From an uncultured Candidatus Saccharibacteria bacterium (lineage in GTDB: Bacteria > Patescibacteriota > Saccharimonadia > Saccharimonadales > UBA4665): a DNA stretch of 64,000 bases. The notes below the pieces were generated by a model that saw only the letters and a program-made list of their open reading frames with translations, was not told the origin of the DNA and made no database searches. The DNA lies in assembly GCA_964483005.1 (NCBI GenBank), contig CAYZZH010000001.1, positions 23,370 through 87,369 of the forward strand. Reading direction: 5' to 3'. Positions 1 to 9,300 of the stretch are shown one piece after another. The position numbers were made by a program, and so were the translations under genes. Position 1 is the first letter of the stretch, and every line of letters begins with the position of its first letter.

Positions 1-495
1 CAACGCCGCCTTTAGCAGCGCGTTGCGCTGCGACACCACCCGGCGATAGTTTTTACGAAAGCTTGCGTAGCCTGGTTTGGTTTGTTCTAAAATGTCGTCG
101 AGGTAACTGCGGCGTGTTTCTGGCACCCCCGAAACAAGCGCAAGATGCTCTGGCTCAAAAAGCACCACCGGTAGCGTGTGGCCAGCCGGGAGGCGGCGAT
201 ATGGTTTTTCGTCAAACACATACGTTTTACGGTCGCGCCCATCGACCTGGAGCTTGACCGTACGTTCGTGGCCGTCACTCGTACTGGTGTCTAGCCGGGC
301 CCAGTCGCTGCCATGCTGCACCAACCCCTCGTCGCCCACCCGAAACGAAGCACCCCGCAGCAGCACAAGTACCGCCTCGAGTAGATTTGTTTTGCCGCTG
401 CCGTTTGGCCCCACCACAACATTGACCCCCTCACCAAACGCAAACGTCGCATCTTGGTAAGACCGAAAGTGTTGCAAGCGAATGTTTGTAAGCAT
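1..495 (-). CDS. recF: DNA replication/repair protein RecF, N-terminal part (CDS runs off the left edge)
   Basis: Not in the ORF track because no stop lies in the window. Reverse translation from ATG 495-493 stays open to base 1: MLTNIRLQHFRSYQDATFAFGEGVNVVVGPNGSGKTNLLEAV..., with Walker A GPNGSGKT. Canonical dnaA-dnaN-recF order. Confidence 0.85.
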   Translation of the reverse strand, partial: MLTNIRLQHFRSYQDATFAFGEGVNVVVGPNGSGKTNLLEAVLVLLRGASFRVGDEGLVQHGSDWARLDTSTSDGHERTVKLQVDGRDRKTYVFDEKPYRRLPAGHTLPVVLFEPEHLALVSGVPETRRSYLDDILEQTKPGYASFRKNYRRVVSQRNALLKAAL

Positions 496-523
496 GTGTT
501 TTAGTATATACCCATCAACTATT

Positions 524-576
524 ACAGGGTGACTCCTTGCAGCGATACTGCAAGATACTACAAGGAGTCACCCTGT
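524..576. repeat. Perfect 16-bp inverted repeat (hairpin) between the dnaN stop and the recF start
   Basis: ACAGGGTGACTCCTTG (524-539) pairs with CAAGGAGTCACCCTGT (561-576), 21-nt spacer. Read directly. Confidence 0.8.
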
Positions 577-662
577 AGTGTGTTGTAGTATGGGTTGAAA
601 CGCCGACGTTTTATATGGGAGTGTGTTTTTACAGGGGTTGGTTTTACCCCATTTTTAGTTGG

Positions 663-1754
663 CTAAGACTTGAGGGGCATAATAATGTGTAGGTATTCCT
701 CTTTGGTTGGGTCGGTTAAAAGCACCGGTTCGACTTTGCCGTTAAAGGCAATTTTAATCTCTTTGCCGTTCATAACCTGCAACGCATCTAGTATGTAGCG
801 CGAGTTAAGCGTAATAGAACCCGAACCGGTCGCCTGCACGGTCGCACTCGCGTTGTTTTCGCCAAGCTGTGAGGCAACGGCGCGCAGCCAAATACTCTCG
901 CTCGGCTCGTCCACACTCAACACCACACTACCAGCACTCTCGCGGGCAAACAAACTCGTGACTTTGGTAATATTTGCCAGCTCGGCGCGCGACATAACGG
1001 CTGTCGTCGCAAAAGACGAAGGAATAAGTTTTTGATAGTCCGGGTAGTTGCCCTCGATAAGCCGTGCCACCAACTCGACATCTCCCATTTGAAACAAAAC
1101 TTGCTGGTCGTCAAACGTTACGTCGACAACCTCAGTGTTGTCGTGGATCACACGCAACACGTCTTGGAGTGCCGTGGCCGGAATAAGCAGTTTGCAGGTC
1201 TCATTTACGCCCGCAATTTGCCGCTCTGCCAGCCGATAACTATCGGTACTTGCAATACGCAACACGCCGTTTTCGGCCGTAAAAAGCACCCCCGTTAGCA
1301 CCGGGCGACTTTCGTCGTTTGACGCCGCGAAGGTCACCTGCTGCAGTGCTTCTTTAAACGCCTGAGCCGGAAGACTCAGTGCCGTACCGTGCTCGATAGC
1401 TGGCATAAGCGGAAACTCTTCGGCTGACACACCGTTTATAACCGAACTATAGCGATTTGTCTGTATTTTAAGCCGCATCGCGTCTTGCTCAAGCTCAATA
1501 ACGCCCGCCGGCAAACCAGCCACAAGCTCTTGAAACAGACGGGCGGGGACGGTCAGAGAGCCTTCGGTCTGTATTTGGGCGCCGACATAGCTCGAGATAG
1601 CAATATCGAGGTTGGTGGTGGCAAGTTTAAGGCGGTTGTCTTCGACCGTAAGTAAAACATTTGCCAGGACCGGCAGGGTACCCCGGGTGTTGGCAATGCG
1701 CGCAACGTAGCTAATAGCCTTGTTAAGATTTTCTTGGGTGACTTTGAGTTTCAT
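663..1754 (-). CDS. dnaN: DNA polymerase III beta subunit (sliding clamp)
   Basis: 363-aa ORF, MKLKVTQENLNKAISYVARIANTRGTLPVLANVLL..., full-length clamp. GAGGAG Shine-Dalgarno (SD) upstream. Lies between dnaA and recF. Confidence 0.95.
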   Translation of the reverse strand: MKLKVTQENLNKAISYVARIANTRGTLPVLANVLLTVEDNRLKLATTNLDIAISSYVGAQIQTEGSLTVPARLFQELVAGLPAGVIELEQDAMRLKIQTNRYSSVINGVSAEEFPLMPAIEHGTALSLPAQAFKEALQQVTFAASNDESRPVLTGVLFTAENGVLRIASTDSYRLAERQIAGVNETCKLLIPATALQDVLRVIHDNTEVVDVTFDDQQVLFQMGDVELVARLIEGNYPDYQKLIPSSFATTAVMSRAELANITKVTSLFARESAGSVVLSVDEPSESIWLRAVASQLGENNASATVQATGSGSITLNSRYILDALQVMNGKEIKIAFNGKVEPVLLTDPTKEEYLHIIMPLKS

Positions 1755-2034
1755 GTCTGCTCCTCTGCGCTTATTATAAATGTATTCATTTTTTCACATA
1801 GTCATGCTTATTATAGGTCGTGTGGAAACTGTGTATAAAAACTGAAAAACAGGGGTAATTTTTGCTAAAACACGGCGGAAAAGGCCGAGCATAACAGGCG
1901 GCCTTTGCTGGGTACAACGCCGCAGTTTACCCCCACCAACACGCGTGGCCGCAGCGTGCAGTGGAAAGTTACGCAACATACCCAACTGTGTATACACGGT
2001 CGTTCCACTCGTTTTCCACAGCAAGACAGCAAGG
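1755..2034. promoter_or_regulatory. dnaA-dnaN intergenic region: AT-rich tract plus DnaA-box-like 9-mers (candidate oriC half / unwinding element)
   Basis: TGTGGAAAC at 1821-1829 and TTTTCCACA at 2012-2020, each near the TTATCCACA consensus. AT-rich run at about 1770-1870. Confidence 0.45.
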
Positions 2035-3438
2035 CTATGCATAAAGTCGATCCTTTATTTCGCCAATGGCGCTACGAAGCGTGGGGTTAAGGGCAATTTC
2101 TCGCTCGATTTTTTCGACCGAATGAATGGCAGTGGTGTGGTCTTTGCGGCCAAGCTCTTGGGCAATTTTTGGAAAGCTAAGGTGAAGCTCGCTGCGCAAC
2201 AGGTGCATTGCTACTTGGCGAGGCAGTACAATGTCGCGGTCGCGCTTGGGGCTAAGCAGGTCGTCGAGACCAATGTCGTAGTATTTGGCACAACGCTCAA
2301 CGATTTGCCGGGCACTCAGGTGTTTGGGCCGGCCGCGACCATTGCCAAGTAGCCCCGTTACGGTTGCCAAGTTTGGTTCGAGCCCGCGTAATTCACACAG
2401 CGCAATAACCTGGTTAAGCGCTCCTTCGAGCTCGCGAATGTTAGACGGAAACTGGTTCGAAAGAAACTCGGTGGCGTTGTGGTCAAGCACAATGCCTTTT
2501 TCCTCTGCTTTGGACTGAATAATAGCGCAGCGCGTTTCAAAGTCGGGGTTTTGCATGTCGATACTCATGCCCCACACCAAACGACTGCGCAAGCGTTCTT
2601 CGAGGGTGGGGATTTCTATGGGGGGTTTGTCGCTGCTAATAATCATTTGTTTGTTTGCCTGGTGCAGGGCGTTAAAGGTGTGAAAAAACTCTTCCTGGAT
2701 TTTTTCTTTGCCGGCAAAAAACTGTACATCGTCGACAATAAGCACGTCGGCACTACGGTAGTAGCCGGCAAAGGCGGTGTTTTTTTTGAAACGCAGCGCG
2801 TCGACAAACTCTTGTACAAACTGCTCACTCGAAATGTACACAACGCGGGCGTTTGGTGTGCGGGCAAGCACGGCGTTACCAACTGCTTGTATAAGATGAG
2901 TTTTGCCAATCCCGACGCCGCCATAGAGAAACAGCGGGTTATATTTGGTGCCGATTTCGGCCGCCACCGCCTGACAGGCAGCGTAGGCAAGCTCGTTGCC
3001 TGCGCCAACCACAAAGTTTTCAAACGTGTAGCGTTCGTTGAGCCCCTGGCGGTACTGGTGTGTGAGAGCATTTTTGCTTGAGGGAGTTTGCATGGTAGGG
3101 GCCAGGGAAGCGCCTTGGGGTGGCGACATCGACGACGAAGATGGGGCGGCTGTTTTTGTCGCTAGTTTTGCTGAAGCGCTGGGTTGGGTGTGGATTTTAA
3201 ACACAACCTCTTTGAGGGGTAGGCTGTTTGTTTTGATCATGTCGGCAATACTTGCGCTGTACTTTTTTTCGAGCTGGTTTTTGAAAAATATGTTTGGAAC
3301 GCCTATTACCAACTGCCCGTCGGCGTGTTTGACAACGTGGGTACGGGAAAACCAGGTAACAAAGTTGGCGTGCGACAAAGAAATCTCGATGTTGCCGAGT
3401 ATGGTTTGCCACAACTGATCGCCTTGCGATGTTTGCAC
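2035..3438 (-). CDS. dnaA: Chromosomal replication initiator protein DnaA
   Basis: Track frame 2035..3573. AAA+ Walker A GGVGIGKTHL and a C-terminal DnaA-box-binding domain. I place the start at GTG 3438, preceded by AAGGAGG at 3446-3452. The 45 codons upstream look like read-through. Confidence 0.93.
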   Translation of the reverse strand: MQTSQGDQLWQTILGNIEISLSHANFVTWFSRTHVVKHADGQLVIGVPNIFFKNQLEKKYSASIADMIKTNSLPLKEVVFKIHTQPSASAKLATKTAAPSSSSMSPPQGASLAPTMQTPSSKNALTHQYRQGLNERYTFENFVVGAGNELAYAACQAVAAEIGTKYNPLFLYGGVGIGKTHLIQAVGNAVLARTPNARVVYISSEQFVQEFVDALRFKKNTAFAGYYRSADVLIVDDVQFFAGKEKIQEEFFHTFNALHQANKQMIISSDKPPIEIPTLEERLRSRLVWGMSIDMQNPDFETRCAIIQSKAEEKGIVLDHNATEFLSNQFPSNIRELEGALNQVIALCELRGLEPNLATVTGLLGNGRGRPKHLSARQIVERCAKYYDIGLDDLLSPKRDRDIVLPRQVAMHLLRSELHLSFPKIAQELGRKDHTTAIHSVEKIEREIALNPTLRSAIGEIKDRLYA

Positions 3439-3563
3439 GGGAACCCCTCCTTTACGCGTGCCTGGCGCCGACCTATACGAAATAAGCAGCTGCCCACCCA
3501 GCGTCAATATAGTCCAGCGACAAACACAGCCTGTGTATAAGACTATACGAGTATTTGGGCTGC

Positions 3564-3684
3564 TTTTCCACAATATTTTCTACAACTACCGTTCGCACAC
3601 AAAACGGGCTAAAAGGGGCAAAGTTATCCACACCCTGTAAGCGCCTCTGTTAACTTGTGGAAAAGACTGGAAAAAGGTGGATAA
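3564..3684. promoter_or_regulatory. Cluster of four DnaA boxes upstream of dnaA (oriC / dnaA autoregulation)
   Basis: TTTTCCACA 3564-3572, TTATCCACA 3624-3632 (perfect consensus), TGTGGAAAA 3656-3664, GGTGGATAA 3676-3684. Confidence 0.65.
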
Positions 3685-3720
3685 CTTTGCTACAATATCT
3701 TAGAAATAGCAAGCCTGTAG

Positions 3721-3800
3721 GCCTGGCCCACATGGACCTCCCGCCAAATTGACCCAACCGAAGGTCACCGGTAAAGTGCCCCTTTTGTCAAAAAGGCACG
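3721..3800 (-). repeat. Copy C3 of a ~95-nt structured intergenic repeat family (minus-strand orientation, pointing toward dnaA)
   Basis: The reverse complement CGTGCCTTTTTGACAAAAGGGGCACTTTACCGGTGACCTTCGGTTGG matches C2 at 35 of 43 aligned positions. Shared core GGTGACCTTCGGT (plus-strand 3757-3769). Confidence 0.6.
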
Positions 3801-3836
3801 GTTGGCCAGAGCGGCGAGACGGCACCACGGGCCGCA

Positions 3837-3845
3837 TGCTATACT
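3837..3845 (+). promoter_or_regulatory. Extended -10 promoter element upstream of rpmH
   Basis: TGcTATACT, 31 nt before the rpmH ATG. AAGGAA SD follows. Confidence 0.4.
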
Positions 3846-3875
3846 AGTGACAATCTAAACGAATAAGGAACTACC

Positions 3876-4013
3876 ATGCCAAAACGAACCTACCAACCCA
3901 AAAAACGCCAACGCTCGCGCGAGCACGGCTTTATGAAACGCATGGCGACCCGAGCTGGTCGTCTTGTGCTGCAGCGTCGCCGCAACAAAGGTCGCGCGCG
4001 GCTGACACACTAG
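3876..4013 (+). CDS. rpmH: 50S ribosomal protein L34
   Basis: 45 aa, below the track cutoff. [45 protein letters not shown], stop TAG 4011-4013. Confidence 0.92.
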   Translation: MPKRTYQPKKRQRSREHGFMKRMATRAGRLVLQRRRNKGRARLTH

Positions 4014-4026
4014 GTCTGGACGGACT

Positions 4027-4365
4027 GTGCTGGCACAAAACCATCGCTTTCGGGGGAGTCGAGACATACGACGCCTGTATAAAACGGGGCGGGGTGCCCG
4101 CACAAAATCGCTCGGCTTGCGCTACTGCGCTCAAACAGGCCAACCGTTTCGTGCAGCGGTAGTAGTCAGTCGCAAAGTACACAAATCTGCCGTGGTGCGC
4201 AACCGCATACGCCGCCGCTTGTACGAACTGCTACGCACCGAGTACGCGGCACACCTCACCGGCATATACCTACTTATTACCATCTTTGACCCTTCGCTGG
4301 CCACGAAACCAAGCTCAGACGTCCGGGCCGAATTGGCACGCTTGTTGTCAAAAGCACAGACTTAG
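4027..4365 (+). CDS. rnpA: Ribonuclease P protein component
   Basis: 112 aa, basic. ...RLRKSRDF-like start, VVVSRKVHKSAVVRNRIRRRLYELLR. Immediately after rpmH. Confidence 0.85.
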   Translation: MLAQNHRFRGSRDIRRLYKTGRGARTKSLGLRYCAQTGQPFRAAVVVSRKVHKSAVVRNRIRRRLYELLRTEYAAHLTGIYLLITIFDPSLATKPSSDVRAELARLLSKAQT

Positions 4366-4382
4366 GCAAACAACTGTGACGG

Positions 4383-4603
4383 CCTGTACTCACTTTTTGA
4401 CGAAAGAGGTGTGATGCTGAGCCACGTCCACTTTTTTCAACCGGAGGGGTTGCAAGTGAAGCAAAGGTGAAAAAGTGCTTGTGCACTTTTTCCCTTGCAA
4501 ACGCCTGGAGGGCGAAAAAAGAGGGCGTGGCTCAGGGTGTGACTACAAGCGACCTTCGGTTATGCTATGGCGCTTGCTCCCGCCTTTCTGACAAAAAAGT
4601 GAA
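4383..4603 (+). repeat. Copy C1 of the intergenic repeat family, interrupted by the 119-bp element at 4417-4535
   Basis: CCTGTACTCACTTTTTGACGAAAGAGGTGTGA ... GCGACCTTCGGTTATGCTATGGCGCTTGCTCCCGCCTTTCTGACAAAAAAGTGA aligns with C2 (38663-38761). Confidence 0.65.
4417..4535. mobile_element. MITE-like non-autonomous palindromic element, copy A
   Basis: Terminal inverted repeats CTGAGCCACGTCCACTTTTTT / AAAAAAGAGGGCGTGGCTCAG. Flanked by GGTGTGATG (4408-4416) and GGTGTGACT (4536-4544). About 85-90% identical to copy B over the shared ~65 nt. Confidence 0.65.
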
Positions 4604-4640
4604 TATGTGTGAAACAACTGCGGCGACCGAAGACAAACCA

Positions 4641-4649
4641 TGGTATAGT
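4641..4649 (+). promoter_or_regulatory. Extended -10 promoter element upstream of yidC
   Basis: TGgTATAGT. AAAGGAG SD at 4658-4664, ATG at 4670. Confidence 0.4.
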
Positions 4650-4669
4650 AAATAAGCAAAGGAGCGTGT

Positions 4670-5740
4670 ATGTTTACGGAGCTTGTGGTTCAACCTATCT
4701 TTAACCTGCTGGTGCTCATATATGCGCTAATTCCGGGGCATAATTTTGGCATAGCGATTATCATCTTTACCATCGTGATTCGACTGCTTATGTGGCCATT
4801 GGTCAAAAAACAGCTGCGCCAAACAAAAATTACCCGCAAGCTGCAGCCAGAGCTCAAACGTATCAAAAAGGAGGCTGGCGGCGACAGACAGCGTGAGGGC
4901 CAGATGATGATGGAGCTGTACAAAGAGCGCGGTGTTAACCCCTTTGGCATGCTGCCGACACTGGCGGTGCAAATGGTGGTGTTGATTGGTTTGTACATAG
5001 GGCTGGTCAAGGTTATTAAAGATCCGCGGCAGATCGTCGAGTTTGCCTATGGCCCGCTGCAAAACGTTGGCTGGCTGAAGCACCTTGCGGGCAATATTGG
5101 GGCGTTTGACAATTCGCTTTTTGGGCTGATTGACCTCTCAAGGGCGGCGCTCAGCCCCGTCGGCACCTACTGGCCAGCCTTGCTGCTGGTTTTTGCGAGC
5201 GCTGGCATACAGTTTGTAACCAGCCGGCAGCTGATGCCCTCTGACGCCGACGCCCGCAAGCTGCGACACATTTTGCGTGACGCCGGGGACGGCAAGCAGG
5301 CCGATCAGGCCGAGGTAAGCGCCGCAGTTAGCCGCAGCATGCAGTATGTTATACCGGCTATGGTACTTATTTTTACCGTCAATCTTGCGGCGGCACTTAG
5401 CCTGTATTGGTTTGTAGGGGGGCTGGTTGCGTATTTTCAACAGCGTGCTGCCCTAAAAGACGAAGGGGAAGACCTAGAACAGGTCGCAACAACCAGGGGG
5501 GCAAACGCCGTCTCGGCAAAACGGTCTCTTGGCAAACCCGCAGCAGCAACAGCAGCACGGCAGCCTAAAGCCACCATCCAAACCACCCTCGCCCAAACCA
5601 CACAGCGTGTTACCACCACAACCAAGCGGGGCAGTACTGTTTCGATTTCTACTGGTGGCACAACAAAACCGGCAGCTACCGTGACAAAACCCAAACCAAA
5701 ACCAGCCAAAAAAGCAAAAACCAGGAAAAAAAGGAGGTAA
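4670..5740 (+). CDS. yidC: Membrane protein insertase YidC/Oxa1 family with a long basic C-terminal tail
   Basis: 356 aa. ...IIIFTIVIRLLMWPLVKKQLRQTKITRKLQPELKRIKKE...MELYKERGVNPFG. Position after rnpA. Confidence 0.9.
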   Translation: MFTELVVQPIFNLLVLIYALIPGHNFGIAIIIFTIVIRLLMWPLVKKQLRQTKITRKLQPELKRIKKEAGGDRQREGQMMMELYKERGVNPFGMLPTLAVQMVVLIGLYIGLVKVIKDPRQIVEFAYGPLQNVGWLKHLAGNIGAFDNSLFGLIDLSRAALSPVGTYWPALLLVFASAGIQFVTSRQLMPSDADARKLRHILRDAGDGKQADQAEVSAAVSRSMQYVIPAMVLIFTVNLAAALSLYWFVGGLVAYFQQRAALKDEGEDLEQVATTRGANAVSAKRSLGKPAAATAARQPKATIQTTLAQTTQRVTTTTKRGSTVSISTGGTTKPAATVTKPKPKPAKKAKTRKKRR

Positions 5741-5744
5741 CACC

Positions 5745-6215
5745 ATGGACGATCAAACCGAAGCAGCAATCCAGTACGCCAAAAAATATCTCGAAGATCT
5801 CTTGTCGTTTTTTGGGCTCAACACCGACGTATACGCGACGTGTGAGGATGGGGAAGTTATTGAGCTAAGCATTCCTTCGACGCATTTGAACGGTTTTTTG
5901 ATAGGCCAACGTGGCGAAACCATGCGTTCGCTCCAATTTGTGGTGAGCAGTGCACTTAAAAACCAGCAGTATGCCCTTAGCCGAGTCAATGTCGACGTCG
6001 CCGACTACAAAAAACACCGGGCAGACCGGCTGGCCGAAGAGGCTGAGGCCTGGATCAAACAAGTCAAAGAAACCGGCGAACCATACGCGCTCAAACCTAT
6101 GAATGCCGCCGATCGCCGAACGGTGCACAAAGTAGCCGCCGAAGCGGGTCTGGCGAGCGATTCGGCCGGTGAGGGCCGCGAGCGGCATATTGTGCTCAAA
6201 CCAGCCGAAAAGTAG
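5745..6215 (+). CDS. jag: Jag/KhpB-type RNA-binding protein (KH + R3H domains)
   Basis: 156 aa. GQRGETMRSLQFV (KH-like) and ADRRTVHKVAAE...GEGRERHIVLKP (R3H). GGAGG SD. Follows yidC. Confidence 0.8.
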   Translation: MDDQTEAAIQYAKKYLEDLLSFFGLNTDVYATCEDGEVIELSIPSTHLNGFLIGQRGETMRSLQFVVSSALKNQQYALSRVNVDVADYKKHRADRLAEEAEAWIKQVKETGEPYALKPMNAADRRTVHKVAAEAGLASDSAGEGRERHIVLKPAEK

Positions 6216-6255
6216 CCGGTGAGCGCTTTACCAAAACCAAAATACCATCATACTA

Positions 6256-6284
6256 TTGCAAGCCACACACTTTTGGTGTATAAT
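6256..6284 (+). promoter_or_regulatory. Sigma-70-type promoter candidate for the 6311 gene
   Basis: TTGCAA (6256-6261), 17-nt spacer, TATAAT (6279-6284). Confidence 0.45.
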
Positions 6285-6310
6285 AACCGTAAGTAACAAA
6301 AGGTGAACAG

Positions 6311-9300
6311 GTGAGTGGTTTGCGTCGTTCTCTCTATGTCTCGTTGTACGTCGTTTCTGCGGCGGTGTGTTTTGCCGTAGTCAGTGGCGTTGTGGCCGCA
6401 GCTACTCAGAACCGACCACTTTGGCTTAGCGGCTCTGCCCAGCCCCAGGTCGAGAAACTATCTGAACTACCAGCAAACACCTTGCCAGAAACGTACGGTT
6501 TTGACTGTGTTGGTCGAGACACTCGTAACGGCTCCACCTGGTGCGCCTACAAAACCCCACTCGGGACTATGGCAAACGCCCGCTTGCTCGATGGCCCCAA
6601 CGGCGACTACCAAATGGAGACCTTTTACGGCTTTATCGCCCCCAGCAATCCCGGGCAACCACAAACGGTCATCACCTACGCATACCCCCGCAGCTGGGAT
6701 GACGGCGCCGCTATACTGTACAGAAGCACCTACGACCCAGCAAAACTGAAATACGTTGAGAGCTACGGTCTGCCCACCATCAAGCGCTACGAGTATAGAG
6801 ACGCAACCGCACAGCGCTTTGCCGACGCAAGTGGCACCGCATACCCCCTCTACCCAGATTCTATTGCCTATTCCCAAAACGGCAAATGGATGGTGGCCGG
6901 TCTGTCCGGTGGGGGTATTGTGCGCTTCGACACCCAAACCTACACCGGCAAAGCCATTGCCATTGACCAAAACCAGTCAGTCATAAATGGCGGCTACCAT
7001 GGCTCCCCCAACCTTGCCGTGAGTGACGACGGCCGGTTCGTTGCCAGTAACCGTACCCTCGGCTATCCCCCCAACACCACACCAACTCTTCGCGTTTACG
7101 ACGCCGAAAGCTGTCGCGACCAATTCACCAACCGGCTTAAAGCAACCGCCGGCCACGACTGCGAATACAAAGACATATGGAGCGGACAGTACCGCACCGG
7201 CAACACCCAGGGCCTAAAACAGCTACTGCCAGGCGTAGAAGCGCCCCAGCGCCTACGGTTTCTCAGTCCCACTGCCCTCACCTTTGACGGTATTTACGAC
7301 CGCACCAGCCCCACCCAATACCGGGTTGCTCGGTACCGCGTAACCATGACCCACACAACCACCCGCGACTACGTGGGCGTGCTTGGCATGGGTGACTCGT
7401 ACATATCTGGCGAAGGCGCCAAAGGCAAATATTTTGCCGGGACAGATACCCAGAACAACAAGTGCCACTTAGCTTGGACGTCTTACCCGTATGCTATTGG
7501 CGCCAAAACCTTCCCCTATGGCCGCTCGGTTGCCTGCTCTGGCGCCAAGATGCTGGATGTTAGTATGGCGGCGGGGGATCCTGAGCCTGATCCGACGAAG
7601 AAGATTAATGACGGTGACAACTACAAGGGTCAAGTTAAGAAAAAAAGTGAGTGGGGTGGAAGAATTGATAGAGAAAACATAATATCTACCTTCACCCCCG
7701 GCTACGCCCAACAAACCATCTTCGCCCGCGAGTACAAACCCCGCACCGTGCTCCTCTCGATTGGTGGTAACGATGTGGGCTTCGCCCAGATTATCGTAAG
7801 CTGCGTTACCCCGCTTAACACTAGTTCGTGCTATCGGTTTTACGAAGACCGTGTGCCCCTGGCACAACACATCTTGAGTCAGTACGATCGCCTTGTTGCA
7901 ACCTACAAACAAGTGCAAGCCGACAGCGGCGGCAAGCTGTACGTTGTAGGCTACCCTACCATAGCCAAAGACGGTGGTAACTGCGCTGCAAACGTCATGT
8001 TTAACGCCGAAGAAGTTGTGTTTAGTTCCCAGCTTACCACCTACCTAAACAGCGTCATTAAGCGCGCCGCCGCCGAAGCCGGCGCATACTACGTCGACAC
8101 CACCACAGCATTTACCGGCCACCGACTGTGCGAAACAACAAAAGACCAGATTGCGATGAACGGCCTTACCAAAGGCGACGACAAGGGGTACGCCGGCATG
8201 GTCAATATCGCCGGCGCCCTGGTGTATGTAGACTTGCGTCTTGCCAACGAAAGCTACCACCCAAATGCACTCGGCCACAAGCTGCTTACCCAGACCATTC
8301 TTACCAAAACAAACAACCTAACGGCCCCCATGCCCAACCCAGTCAAAAACAGCAAACCACCATTTGACACGAACGACCCGTTTTTGCGGGTCCCTCGCGG
8401 TGTTAACCTAACCACTCGCACCGAGCCAATCGTCTGGCAGCAGTCAAAAACCACCCCCATATATCTTCGTAACCAGCCCTACAAACTCAACTCGCAGCTC
8501 AGCCTTGCGCAGGGGGCACAAACAGAAGTTGTGCTGCACTCTGACCCTGTGACACTGTACAAAGGCACCGACGCAGCCCAGACCACATTTACCATACCAG
8601 CCACTACCCCGCCAGGCTTTCACACGCTCGATGTCTACGGCGTGACCGCCACTGGTGAGCCGGTTGACTACCGCCAGTTGGTGTACGTTGTTGCAGACAT
8701 ACACGACTACGACGGCGATGGCCTAAAAAACGAAGACGATAGCTGCGTAGCCGTACCACAATCTGGCCTAGACGACGACCAAAACGGGGTAGATGACGCC
8801 TGCGATAGCGACACCCCATACCAGGCACCCACGGTTTTGGACTACGATCTTCCCCCAGACGAGCCAAGCACCATTACCGACGACGACTCGTTGCAACCAA
8901 ACGACCCCTACACCGACAGTCTCGCTGTACCCTTCACCCCGCCCCAGCCAAAACCAACAGAGGAAAAAGAGCCACCCCAGCCAAAACCTACCCCCGCTGC
9001 AGATCCCACCCTCCCCCCTACTCCCGCTACTCAACCGACACCAATTCTGCCAGCCAAAAATAGCCCGTTGCTTGCGCTATCTCCCGCAATCAGCCCAATC
9101 ACTGCCACCCTCACCACTAACACGCGACGACCGAGCACTACTCTTGCCCCAAACTACGGGACGATTCTTACCCCGCCCACGGACCTACCCCAACCAAACC
9201 TAACCCCCACCACCCCACCCACTGAGGTTTTAGGTACACACGCGCAACGGCCCAAAACCCTACCAAAAACAGCCGCCACAACCACGACTCCCCAAGCCCA

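Noticed and set aside
2479-3081. 200-aa plus-strand ORF
   Set aside because: It lies entirely antisense to the well-supported dnaA CDS. Its composition is typical of a shadow ORF.
3439-3573. N-terminal 45-codon extension of the dnaA ORF in the track (MWKSSPNTRIVLYTGCVCRW...)
   Set aside because: It has no DnaA similarity. A GTG with a strong AAGGAGG site at 3438 begins exactly where DnaA homology starts.
8768-9203. Alternative-frame ORFs inside the Pro/Thr-rich tail of the 6311 gene
   Set aside because: These are artefacts of the low-complexity CCN/ACN-rich sequence. The main frame continues to a proper TM anchor and stop.
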